NCBI RefSeq assembly: GCF_001447785.1
Contig: NW_015168777.1
Span: 62,001-119,025 of the forward strand
Direction of reading: 5' to 3'
Length of the DNA stretch: 57,025 bases
Source: Gekko japonicus
Lineage: Eukaryota
The first letter of the stretch is position 1; every line of letters begins with the position of its first letter. The notes under the pieces are model-generated. The model was not told the DNA's origin. It saw only the letters and a list, made by a program, of their open reading frames with translations, and did no database searches. Both the position numbers and the translations under genes were made by a program. This document shows positions 23,894 through 35,893 of this stretch, in pieces.

Positions 23894-26209
23894 ATATGGT
23901 TTGTTTGATTGGCCCTGTCGGACTTGAAAAGTGGCTAAAGTGTTAATAAGTGCTAATAAGTCTTACTGCTTCCTTTTTGCTGAGAACATCCTTTCTGGAT
24001 TTGAAAATGGTGGAAAGATTTCCTCGTGGACTAATTTTCTGCAATGGTCAGAGTTACTTCTATGATTTTGTAAATATGAAAGCTTTTAAAGGGGGTTGGG
24101 ATATTTCCCATGATATACCTTCAGGATATGATTAAAAGACCTCGGATGAGCTTAGGTTAATAACCTGGGGAAGGATGTTCATAAGACTCAGTAGAAAGGT
24201 GATAGTAGGAAAGAACCACCAACCCCAGAGGGAACATAGGATTGATAAAGGGTCTATATTCTCCCAGGCTGAGGTCAAGTTTAATAATAGCAGAGAGTAC
24301 TGGAAAATCCAAACACCCCTGAAAAGTAAAACCTCCATGATTACGGACAGTGAAGGGGGATTTGTGGGGGAAAGACCAAGATGTACCCATGTGTTGTCTT
24401 GACAGAAGGATCGATCAATATATGTGGAGGCCAAGAGTTAGGTCAGTAGACTCAACATCAGTGTGCCCTTCATTGTCCCCAAATTTTCATTGGAATAGCT
24501 CCAGTTCTCCTCCTTACTATTGTCCCCATCCCACATGGCTTATGTACATACAGGGATCCCCTTAACTGCTGCATATCCTAATTTTACCCTTCCTTCATTT
24601 TCACCATCAGACTCATCCTTCTGGAAAGTACTTAGGAGGAGACATAGGGACATTCCAGAAGTCCCTGTTGCCCAAAGAAGCAAAACCAAGTAGGTTTGTC
24701 TATAGAATGGTTTTAAATTTTATATTGAATGGCCATCTTATTGGGGGTTTTTTAATGGAACAGTGCATTTTATGAATATTGGGAACCACTTTGGGGGACT
24801 CCAGTTAAAAGTGGGATAGGATCAAGTCAGGCTGATAATAATAGAATCCAGAGTATGTAAGGAGTTGTATGTTAATGGAATTGTATTTTATGGGAAATGA
24901 AAATAAAGCTATTAAAAAAAAGTGGGATAGAAATCCAGTAACAGCAATCTAAGGCTTTCTGAATCTCTCCCAGAATGCTGGGAGGCAGGAGTGACTTCTA
25001 ATTTCATGGCTCAAATGAGAGGAGATCATAGCTGCTCAATTCTATGCATTAAAAATGTACTTCATTTCATAAACATTTGGAATTCTATTGTGACTGAGAA
25101 AAGAATCTGTTTCTCTACGTATGTATATGGTCACTGGTCTCTGGAAATGTAATATTTGTACAGTGTAAGTGTATGTGTGTCTAAACTTGATCTAAACTTG
25201 AAAAAAAAACAACCCTGAAATTTAAAGATTGTTTGATTCTAAACTCGGGTGATTTATCATTAATAAATGTGTGCACAGCAAAGAAAAAGGGGAATATGCT
25301 GATGGGGAATATCCAGTTGTTCTCATTTCACAAGTTGCTGGAAGTAGACCCTAGGGCTGTCAGGTCCTGCCCCCTCCCAAGCAGGGGACTTTGGGAAGCA
25401 TTCCTGGAGGGGGAGGGGACATCCCCAATGTGATGACATCACTCAGAAGTGACATCATCTCATTGGGGATGTACCTGAATCACAAGCAGCAAATTCACTG
25501 CTTGGAATTCAAGCACCACCACCCCAAGCATTTAAAGGATCATTCCCTACCCGTCAGTTGGCTGGTGGTAGGCAGAATGTCCAAAAATTGGGGAATCCCC
25601 TGTCCTATCTGGGGACTGGCNNNNNNNNNNNNNNNNNNNNNNNNNNNNNNNNNNNNNNNNNNNNNNNNNNNNNNNNNCAAGCTCGCCCTCAGATAAGAGA
25701 ACAAAACCATCTTTGTTCTACTTTTGGATTCCTGGGCAGTAAGTCCCGTGGAGAAGATTACCACATTTCACATGCAGAAAGGGTTACTAGTAAATATGGT
25801 GTAGGTATGGACAAGCAGACAATAGCCAGGGACAGTTGGTGGGTATTTATTTTGAAAGGAGGTAGGGATGAGAGGAAGCCTGAGTAAGGAGAATGGGACA
25901 CTTGAGAGCTAGGTTTGGTCTCATACTGTGTTCCTGGATCAAGGTGAAGATTTGACTGTATACACTGGGAGCTCCAGAAGCACCACAATGTCACTTCTCC
26001 ACTGGAATCAGGAGGGAGGGATTCAGGAGGGAGGGAATCAAGTTAATAAGGTGGAACAAGTCTATGCTAGGAATGGAACTCTCTGCTAAGAAATTAAGCT
26101 TTGGTTCTATTGTTTGTCCATTTTTTAAAATGTCTTTACCACTCTGAAGCTCTGCAGGAAAGGCTGTTTTAATGCTGCAAATCTGCAGCACTACTTCCAC
26201 AATAGGGGC

Positions 26210-26528
26210 TATAAAGTACTGAGACTGATGCATAGCGTAGTGATTTCAGCTCATACTTTATTCATGCATAGAAGAACTTGAGATGCAGTCGCCGGGCCAG
26301 AGGCTGCCTTATATCCCCGTAGCAAACCACATCCAAACACACACCCACACCCATGATAGGAGAATTTACAGTGCACCCAAGTCCCATAGGTCCATTCTTG
26401 GATCCTAGCCATCTGATAGGTGCGTACTAGGATCTGTTCAGGCTATTGTCTCTGAAAGCAAAGCTTGGGCCCTTCTCATGGCCACGTGCGGACCCGACCA
26501 TGTGCGTGGTTTCTCTGGATACACAACA
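26210..26528 (-). mobile_element. Short solo LTR (319 bp), 5-bp TSD GGGGC
   Basis: GGGGC at 26205-26209 and 26529-26533. Minus strand starts TGTTGTG and ends TTTATA (CA>TA). TATA-like GATATAAG at ~26311 and AATAAA at 26257-26262 are in the correct order. Confidence 0.75.
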
Positions 26529-26774
26529 GGGGCTTTCCTGGGGCATTTCCTTTGCTTATCATCATCACACATGTTCTGGAAAGACTGCATATAAATTAAT
26601 CCCCCCTCCCCAGAAGAGATTTACTTCATTACATCAGTCTGTGCAGTGTTCTTCACAGTAAAAGGTGGAATTCTTTTTTAGAGAAATCTGTGCAGGGAGA
26701 ACTAATGTTAGAACACAATATAAGTAGCATACTCAAATGATTGCCTTTGACTTAAAAAAACATAAAAGAAATTG

Positions 26775-27713
26775 AAAGAATAACAATTAACAAGAAACTG
26801 TTCCTCAGTAACGTGGGATTGGAGAGTGGGACATGCAAATGCGGAGGGGAGGAGAGGATGGACTTTGGGCTGAAAAAATATCAGATGAGAAAGATTTCCC
26901 CACTAGGTTGATGCAGATTCAATGCTGAGATTACAAAAACTTCCTGGAAACAGGGCATTTGGGTGCTGCATGGCAAGAGGGGGGAATGTGTGTTTTTAAT
27001 GCCTGGGAGGGCAAAATCATCTATGGAAACTAGGGAAAGCCACAGAAGAACAGAAGTGAAGGTGCAGGGAAATTTGTCACTATGAAATCAGTCCAAGAGC
27101 TACACGGTTGCAGTAAAGAATTCAGAGAGAGGCAATTTACAAGGAATCCAGAGATGATCGAGTTGCCCTTGTTAACAAGGCTCTGGAGGCTTCTGTACTT
27201 GACATGTTCACCTTGGCTGCCCAGAGCTTTGCAAATATCTGTCCTGTAATTGTGAAAGAATAACTTAATTAACAAGAAATTGTTCCTCAGTAACGTCAGA
27301 TTGGAGAGTGGGACATGCAAATGCGGAAGGGAGGAGAGGGTGGACTTCAGGTTGAAAAAACATCAGATGAGAAAGATTTCCTCACTAGATTGATGCAGGT
27401 CCAATGCTTACAAAAACTTCCTGGAAATAGGGGATTTGGATGCCGCGCGGCAAGAGGGGGGAATGTGTGTTTTTAATGCTTGGAAGGGCAAAATCATCTA
27501 TGGAAACCAGGGAAAGCCACAGAAGAACAGAGGTGAAGGTGCAGGGAAATTTGACACTGTGAAATCAGTCCTAGAGCTACATGGATGCAGTAAAAAATTC
27601 AGAGAGGGGCAATTTACAAGGAATCTAGAGATCATCTTGTTGCCCTTGTTGTTAACAAGGCTCTGTAGGCTTCTGTACTTGACCTGTTCACCTTGGCTGC
27701 CCAGAGCTTTGCA
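26775..27713. repeat. Two-copy tandem repeat, ~480 bp unit, diverged
   Basis: 26781-27233 aligns with 27261-27713. Confidence 0.92.
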
Positions 27714-28383
27714 GCCAAAACTACTTATCTTCAGCAAGGTTGCTGTGTTATCTGCCTTCCACCCACATTTTCTGCTCAATCACAAATGTGCTAACTGGAT
27801 TTCTATAAATCCAGTTAGCACATTAATGCATCCATTAATTGGTCATAGGATTCATGGATCTGATGAAGGTTCTTACTCTGGGTTGAGACTAAGGAGTTAG
27901 TTCTTCAAATCCCTATTCAGCCATGAAGCTTAACGGGTCACAATTGAGTGGTGTCTCCCAACATTTTTCTTCCATTATGCAACTCAGAATAGCTTACATA
28001 GGAGATTTCCTATCCTAGGCCAAAACCACTTATCTTCAGCAAGGTTGCATTGTTATCTGCCTTCCAACCACATTTTCTGCTCAACCACAAATTTGCTAAC
28101 TGGATTTCTATAAATGCATCCATTAATTTATCGTAGGATTCATGGATCTGATGAAGGTCCTTAATAAGGTGCTCAGGTTATAGTCCTTTCCAGTCCTTAC
28201 TAAGCTGACTGGAAAATACCACTTCCAACTAGGCTAGCCTCTTTTTTTCCATGGCATCAAATTTTCTGATTCAGGATAACATTTTTGTATTCAAGAATAT
28301 GAGTATATCTGAAGTCTGAATTGCTCCTAGGGTTCCCAATTCTGGGTTGAGACTAGGGAGTTAGTTCTTCAAATCCCTATTCA

Positions 28384-29314
28384 GCCATGAAGCTTAACGG
28401 GTCACAATTGAGTGGTGTCTCCCAACTTAACCTATCTCACAGGGCTGTTGTTTGGACAACATGGAGGATAGAACAAACATATATGCTCTTCAGAGCTCCT
28501 TGGAGGAAGAATAGGATAACTTGTAATAGATAAGTTTGTGAATCAGCCATAAGCAAGGTACCAGGCCAAAGCAGAAACACTTTTCTTGCCACTAAGAAAA
28601 GGAGTTGTTCCTCCTAGCATGGAATAAATGGCCCTAGTTGTCATTTTACAGCAGCAGCCACAAAAGCATTTTTCATGATTGTAAAGAGACTACAATTTCT
28701 TTCTCACAAAATGGTGTGAGAATAGGCTTATATGTTCATAGGACATTAGATGTTGTCAGAGATGGTTGTCCTTCACAGCACAGCCATGTCTGAGTCAAGT
28801 AGATAGAACGCCTGTCATTACAAGAAATATATGATTCGGCCCCGTTCACACGAGGGAATTTGGCCATGAAGCTTAACGGGTCACAATTGAGTGGTGTCTC
28901 CCAACTTAACCTATCTCACAGGGCTGTTGTTTGGACAACATGGAGGATAGAACAAACATATATGCTCTTCAGAGCTCCTTGGAGGAAGAATAGGATAACT
29001 TGTAATAGATAAGTTTGTGAATCAGCCATAAGCAAGGTACCAGGCCAAAGCAGAAACACTTTTCTTGCCACTAAGAAAAGGAGTTGTTCCTCCTAGCATG
29101 GAATAAATGGCCCTAGTTGTCATTTTACAGCAGCAGCCACAAAAGCATTTTTCATGATTGTACAGAGACTACAATTTCTTTCTCACAAAATGGTGTGAGA
29201 ATAGGCTTATATGTTCATAGGACACTTAGATGTTGTCAGAGCTGGCTGTCCTTCACAGCACAGCCATGACTGAGTCAAGTAGATAGAAGGCCTGTCATTA
29301 CAAGAAATATATGA
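28384..29314. repeat. Near-identical ~451 bp direct duplication with 28-bp linker (possible assembly artefact)
   Basis: 28384-28834 vs 28863-29314. Confidence 0.9.
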
Positions 29315-32300
29315 AGTGAAGCTAGACTGGAACACCGAAGATACATTAACAGTCAGCAAGAGAAAAGTGTGTTCTTTATTTCCTTTGTGTTCTTTATTTA
29401 GTTAGACAAATGGTTCAAACTGAGGCTGGTCAGAGTAGAGTTATATGGCCAAGTGAAACCTCATTAGGTAACTGTTGAGTAAATGCACTAGAACACTTCC
29501 TTCTGACAATCTGTATTATGGAGCTGACATCAAATATCTTTAAGTGAGCCATCAAAGGGGCTGTGCAATCCTCTTCCAAAGTATTCCAGTTTAAACCAAT
29601 TGATTTTAATTGATTTAGACTGGAGTAACTCTGCACAGGAGTACACTGTGGATCTAATGGCCAGGGTTCCCAGTTTGAGACTCCTTGCTTCTGGTTGCTG
29701 TTCATTTTGTTTGGTACGGGTGTGTGTGTGACATTTATCACCCTTCTTTCTATACTACCTCGTGCACATTTGCAGTGCACACATACTGAGAGCACTAGGG
29801 GAACAATTTCTGTAATTTTATATATATATTTGGCTGCGTTTGCAGGACAATTGTCAGTATATGCTCTGGTGGTAGTAGAATTCAGTAGATGTATGCCAAA
29901 AGAAGGAAGGAGAAAAGAAGTGGAGGCCAATAAAAGTTCATTAAAAACATTCCTGACCTTGTGTAATTGACACATCTTTGAAAGCAAGGGTGTGATTCAC
30001 AGCTATATATATCCATCTCTGCTGTTCTCATATACACCCATCCAACTTCAACAACAGTCCTCTTCCAGAGTAATGGTGTTATTCTCCATCTGTGGCATAT
30101 ATCATTTCTCTCTCTCCCCCTTTTTTTTGTCTTTGTTTTTCTGTCCATACCTTGTCGACTTTCCCTTTCTGAGTCAACTTTTGGAAGTGAGCAATCTTTT
30201 GTGATTTCATCACCTAGGTAAGTAAACGGCAGTCTTTGTATCACCAAAGATTTGTAACATGGACAATCATGGATTATTTACTTAGACCCTGTTCCCACAG
30301 TACCCATCCTACTACATCACTAGTTCAGTTATTTTCTTCTTCTTCCTACCCCCTTTCCCAGAAACATATTATCATTTAGTACTGCAGAGTTTTCATCATT
30401 GATAATCTCTGCTTTGAATCAATGCTTATTTTATTCTTTGCAATTCTGTTTCTTTTACATGTATTTTAAAATGGGAAGGAAATGAGTTGGACAAAGACAT
30501 TCTTTGTCCCAACCAACTCCCTCCCCCCTTTATTCAACAGATCTCAAAATTCCATGCTTCCATGGGAGTGATGGTCCCATTTTCTTTTGGTCAATTTAGA
30601 AACCAGGATTACTCTGTATACTTGAGTGGTGATAAGGGAATGACCTGATTATGCTGCATTTGTGATCGGCAACAAATTAATTACTTTTATAGCTGGATAC
30701 AGCAAAAGTATATCAGGGTGTTTTTTTTAAAAAAAAAAATAGTGGCTAGGTTATTTGCATCATACTATTCCTATTATATCCATCATCTTTTGACCATATA
30801 CATCAAATAGTATTTTATAGCAATTGTTAATATTCCATCAACTATTTTCAGAATATATGATTTTTACGTTATGATGCCCTGTTCTCAGAATATGAAAATA
30901 ACTTACTGCATATTTAGGTAGAATTTTTAAATTTGACTGCTGCAAAAGAAAGTGTGCTGTTTTGTTCATGAACATTCTGTAGTGAATTTGTTGGGAGAAG
31001 TTTAGCCCAGATAACAGATTCTGTAAAAAAAAAATCTTGGGCAATGGTTTTTTCATTATGATCACCACTTTTACACCGCTGACATTGTTGGCTGAGCAAT
31101 ATTGAAACATGATGTATCAAATCACTGACATCAAAACTGATTATATTCTGAAGGAATTTGGGTGTTATAACATGTTAGGGTCAATTTGTGCTCCAGCAAT
31201 ACTCAATAAATTGCCATATGGCAATTTTCTACATTTTTGTTTTTTATTTTGGCTCAATAAACATCCACTTACTCATGTTTTAAAATTCCCTTTTTTGAGC
31301 CAGTCTAATTTTTACAAAGCTTCCACTATTCCATTCCTCCGAATAGTTACACATAGCATGGGCAACCTTTGTTTCTTTGCTTTTGGTACCTTCCCAAATT
31401 TTTTGTTAGGAAAAAAAAAGATCTGGTGTCTAATTAACAGCCTCAGACTGTTAAATTACCCTTCTTTACTTTTCTAGGAAATGCCTTTTAATCAGCCAAT
31501 TTTCAAGAGAGCTCCTGTCCCTTCCATTTTATATTTTCCATATCTTTGTTACAATGTTAATACATTGTGTCTTCCTCTGTGAATTGTACAAGAGGACCAA
31601 TTCCCCACAAGCAGCTGTGGTGCCCTCGCTCTTCTGTTTTCCCCTCTTGCATTGGTCAATTTCATACTATTTGCTGTGTGGCCACATTTTGACCCACAGC
31701 CCCCCCCCCTCTTCAATTTCCCCCACATCTTCTGGATCCTTGTTTTTTGAGATAAAGAAGAAATGAGGGAAATCGGGGGAGCTGAAGGTTGAGGTTTCTC
31801 CACCCATGACTGTCCTTGTTCTCTGTTTCTGCATTTTTGGGTTACTGAAACAATTTTACTTATGTTTTACATAAATATTTCTCAGTCTATTTTTAATCAA
31901 CATTTTACAGTGCTTTCTTATACTTATAGCCTATTGTATCAGTGTTTTTCTCTGTTTCTTAAATCATCATATATTCAAGGATCTTGCTAATCTCTTTTAC
32001 AAACATTAATAAGCCCCCTCCCAGGTTTTTGCACTTTTAGATCAGTCTTGATTGATCTAATAGTAGGGCTAAGTAACTGAATTTTATGTGAATGCTGGGT
32101 TGGTGTGTGTGTTTTTTGTTTGTTTTTGTTTTGTTTTTTTTTTTTTTGCTTTTCAGTCAGTGGTGTGGCATTATATGTAACCTTTTGAGGCCAGTATGTG
32201 AATATGTTTCTTTTTCATATCCCTAGTATTATTTTCTTATATGGACTACATCCCAAGTAATCTCTAAATAATTGGGTGATCCTTTTCTTTTTAAGCAAAA

Positions 32301-32605
32301 CAAGCATGGTTGTCAGCCCCCCCCCAATGATTTCTATTTCTGCATTTGTATTCATCTGTCATTTTTAAGAATCCCATTTTCCTCCTCTGTTTTATTGGGG
32401 AAGACTAGGCTGAAAGATAGTGACTGGCCCAAGGTCTTCCAGTTAACTTGTACATGAATGTTATAAACTGGAAGAAAGGTGGAAATAAATGTTTTAAATT
32501 CATTCATTCATTCGTTCATTCATACATAAGATCAATTTGAGATGCTTTTCATTTTACAGATAAATATATGCACTCCTAGGCATCTATAAAACTTCATGCA
32601 AGAAC

Positions 32606-32806
32606 AATCTTTCTAACAACTGCTGATGTAATAGCATTAACCTTACTATTGCAGTGTTTTATTAATTCACCCATGTGTACATGTGCATTTATAAATCCCA
32701 TCCCATTTATAAATCTTTCTAACAACTGCTGATGTAATAGCATTAACCTTACTATTGCAGTGTTTTATTAATTCACCCATGTGTACATGTGCATTTATAA
32801 ATCCCA
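32606..32806. repeat. Exact 95-bp tandem duplication with 11-bp junction
   Basis: 32606-32700 equals 32712-32806. Confidence 0.9.
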
Positions 32807-32825
32807 TAGAAAATATCAGGATTAC

Positions 32826-32972
32826 GAGAGAGAGAGAGAGAGGGAGACAGACATAAAGACAGAGACAGAGACAGACAGACACACACACACACACACAGAA
32901 ACAGACAGAGATAGGCTTGAGAGAAAGAAAGAAGATAGGTAGGTAGGTAAGTATGTAGGTAGATGATAGATA
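32826..32972. repeat. Compound (GA)/(GACA)/(CA)/(AGGT) microsatellite
   Basis: Directly visible. Confidence 0.95.
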
Positions 32973-33261
32973 CAAGGGAAAAAAATTAAACCTATTTGTT
33001 TTATGTTGGTTTACACAGTTATCCAGCTCTTCAACTACCTTTCAATGCAGGCCCTATTTACATGACTCTTCCCCTTCAAAAAAAAAAAAAGATAGGCTTC
33101 TGCAGACAGGTTTTCTACCTATATATGCACATAATTGGACTCGATTTTATATAGCAATGAACTCTAAATGTTGGTTGATTTTGAACATTCAGTATGAATG
33201 GAATTCACAACATCTCCTTAAAAATTCCTTTCAGTTCAGCAACGTTAGCAAGTTACCCAAG

Positions 33262-34203
33262 ATGCAACTGGACAACTGGACGCATGTGACAGAATTCATT
33301 CTGGTGGGGTTTCCAGGAAGTCTAAAACTACAGCACTCTCTTTTCACAGTTTTTCTGGTTGCCTACACCCTGACAGTAATGGAGAATTTGATTGTCATTG
33401 TACTAATCTGTGTGAATATCAAGCTTCATAAACCTATGTATATATTCTTGGGAAATCTTTCTTTCCTGGAGATCTGGTATGTCTCAGTCACTGTCCCCAA
33501 GATGCTTTCAGGCTTTGCTACACAGAAGATGGACATTTCCTTCGCAGGCTGCATGGCCCAGCTCTACTTCTTTCTGGCTCTGGCATGCACAGAGTGTGCC
33601 CTCCTAACAGTTATGGCCTATGACCGTTATGTTGCCATCTGTAGCCCTTTGTGTTATCCCAACATAATGAGTCAAGATTTCTGTATCCGTTTAGCAGCCA
33701 GTTCATGGCTGAGTGGTATTATCATAGCCACAGGAAAGACTTTCTTCATCTCACGCTTGAGCTACTGTGGACCCAATATCATCAACCACTTCTTCTGTGA
33801 TGTCTCCCCACTTCTCAATCTAGCCTGTACTGATTTGTCATTGGTTGAACTCATTGACTTCCTACTGGCCTTGCTCATTCTCATTGGCCCACTCACTGTG
33901 ACAATCACTTCTTATATCTGTATTATCTCTACTGTCTTGCACATTCCTTCAGCCAAAGGGAAGCAAAAGGCATTTTCCACCTGTGCCTCACATCTTTTTG
34001 TAGTCACCATTTTCTTTGCTGCCACCATTTTCATCTATGCCCGACCAAGGGCTCTCACCTCAGTTAATGCCCACAAAGTTGTGTCTGTTGTCTATACAGT
34101 TGTAACACCACTTCTTAACCCAGTCATATATTGTATGAGGAATCAAGAATTTAAGGATGCCCTCAGAAAAACCTTTAATGTGCTTTCCTCAAGACTAGGC
34201 TAA
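33262..34203 (+). CDS. Olfactory receptor, family 6 (OR6A/6B-like), 313 aa, intact
   Basis: Start placed at ATG 33262 (MQLDNWT) by homology to 44402 and because a splice acceptor lies just upstream. All OR motifs present; PLRY reads PLCY. Confidence 0.95.
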   Translation: MQLDNWTHVTEFILVGFPGSLKLQHSLFTVFLVAYTLTVMENLIVIVLICVNIKLHKPMYIFLGNLSFLEIWYVSVTVPKMLSGFATQKMDISFAGCMAQLYFFLALACTECALLTVMAYDRYVAICSPLCYPNIMSQDFCIRLAASSWLSGIIIATGKTFFISRLSYCGPNIINHFFCDVSPLLNLACTDLSLVELIDFLLALLILIGPLTVTITSYICIISTVLHIPSAKGKQKAFSTCASHLFVVTIFFAATIFIYARPRALTSVNAHKVVSVVYTVVTPLLNPVIYCMRNQEFKDALRKTFNVLSSRLG

Positions 34204-34226
34204 TATTCTAAGAGCTTTATTGGATA

Positions 34227-35893
34227 CTAGGAATAAGGCCCACTGTGGAAATAAATACAATGAGCTCTAGAAGGAGTCTCTGGAAGAGTGCCCCGGGTTT
34301 GGGCACTCAGCGTCAATTTGCCATGGCGACCTCAGCAGGGGATAATGACACAGAGTCCACCATTTTCTCCCGGGGAACTGATCTTTGCCATCTGAAGAGC
34401 AGTTGTATGATGGAATGGCTGGCTTGGAGGGTGGAGTCAATGGCACTGTACCTGTCTGAGGTCCCACCCCTCCTCAATCTTCACCCTCTCCAGGCTCCAC
34501 CCCTCAAACCTCCAGAAATTTCCCAACCTGGAGTTGCCAGCCCTATCTCCCTCCAAGCCTACCATTATCTGCCCCCTGGCTTCAGCTTTCTATCTCGTCC
34601 CCCTCCCTCCTAGAGAGCAGTTGTAATTCTGAGTGATCTCCAGTCCCCCACCTGGAGATTGGCAACAATGGTTCCCCATGAGAAAATGGATGGCTTGGAG
34701 GGTGGAGTTGATGGCATTCTTCGTGTCTGAGGTCCCACCCCTCCTCAAACCTCACCCTCTCCAGGGTCCATCCCTCAAATCTCCAGGAATTTCTCACCTG
34801 GAGTTGGCAACCCTATCAGGACTGGCTCCAATTAGTTTTCTCCCAAAGGCCAAAATTGGTGTTGAAAGGACCTATCACTGACATAACCTGGTTGCCTAGC
34901 AACAGGCACTGAGAAGAAAGTACAGTTGCCAGCTCTGATTAGGGAAACACCTGGAGATTTGGGGGCTGGATCCTGTGGAGGGCAGCACTGGGAGGGATGG
35001 AAGGACTCAGCAGGGGATAATGCCATAGGATCTACCCTCCAAAGCAGGCATTTTCTCCAGGGGAACTGATCTCTGTCATCTGGAGATCAATTGTAACAGT
35101 GGAAGATATCCAGGTCCCACAAGGAGGTTGGCAACCCTAGGGGAAAGTCAGCCACACAGCAAGGGATTGAAGAGAATAGTTTGATGGTCACTGTCCCACC
35201 TCATTAGCCAGCCAGCCATGGTGAAGCCAAAAAGGAGAGAGAGCCATATTAAGTTTATTCTGACGGAAAAGTTGGTGGGGGAGTGGGTTATGCTGAAAGT
35301 CCTTTGTTGTTTTACTGACAAAAGTTGGTTGCCTACCAACAGCCACTGAGGGGACAGTTAGTCACTGTTAGTCCCACACAGGAGCCAAGAGAAGTGTCTT
35401 TCTCAGGATAGAGCTTTCCGGCTTTCCATGAGCCGCAGCTCGTTTCCTCCAGGCCAGACCCTCCCTGGCGCTGCTGCTGAAGGAAGGCGAGGGAGACTTT
35501 GAAACATGCTGAGCAGTCTTCTCTGAGGTACATCCTACTGAGCTATCGCCCTGACAAAGCGCCGGCCTTGTGATCGAGGGAGAACGGCCGTGAGGGGCAG
35601 CGAAGGTGAGTGTTTCCCCTGCTTGCTGCCACTTGCTAGGTCTGCCTGCTTCTTCCCTGTGGAGAGTTTGCTGCTCCTTCGGCAGAGCATCCATCCTCTT
35701 TGGCGGCTCCCTCCAGACTGAGAGTGATACGCTGGCTGCTGGCTCTGTGGGCGGGGCCGAGCAAATGCAGTGAGGCAATGCAGCCAGGGTATTGGGAGTC
35801 TCAGATGGGCAGCCGAGCGGGCGAAAGGCTGTGGGAGCATGTGGAACGTTGAGGAAAGTGGGACACAAAAAGTCTTTTATATATAAGGAGAGA
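34227..35893 (-). mobile_element. Non-autonomous Helitron (family B)
   Basis: Absent from the paralog (ttattagatc|taggcacc at ~45369). A|T target, no TSD. Minus strand starts TCTCTCCTTATATATAAAA and ends CTAG, with an imperfect subterminal hairpin (gcccactgt-N10-acaatgagc on +). Confidence 0.88.

Noticed and set aside
33157-33261. 35-aa N-terminal extension of the 348-aa ORF
   Set aside because: It runs through a predicted intron acceptor (33234) and is not open in the paralog; ATG 33262 is the homologous start.
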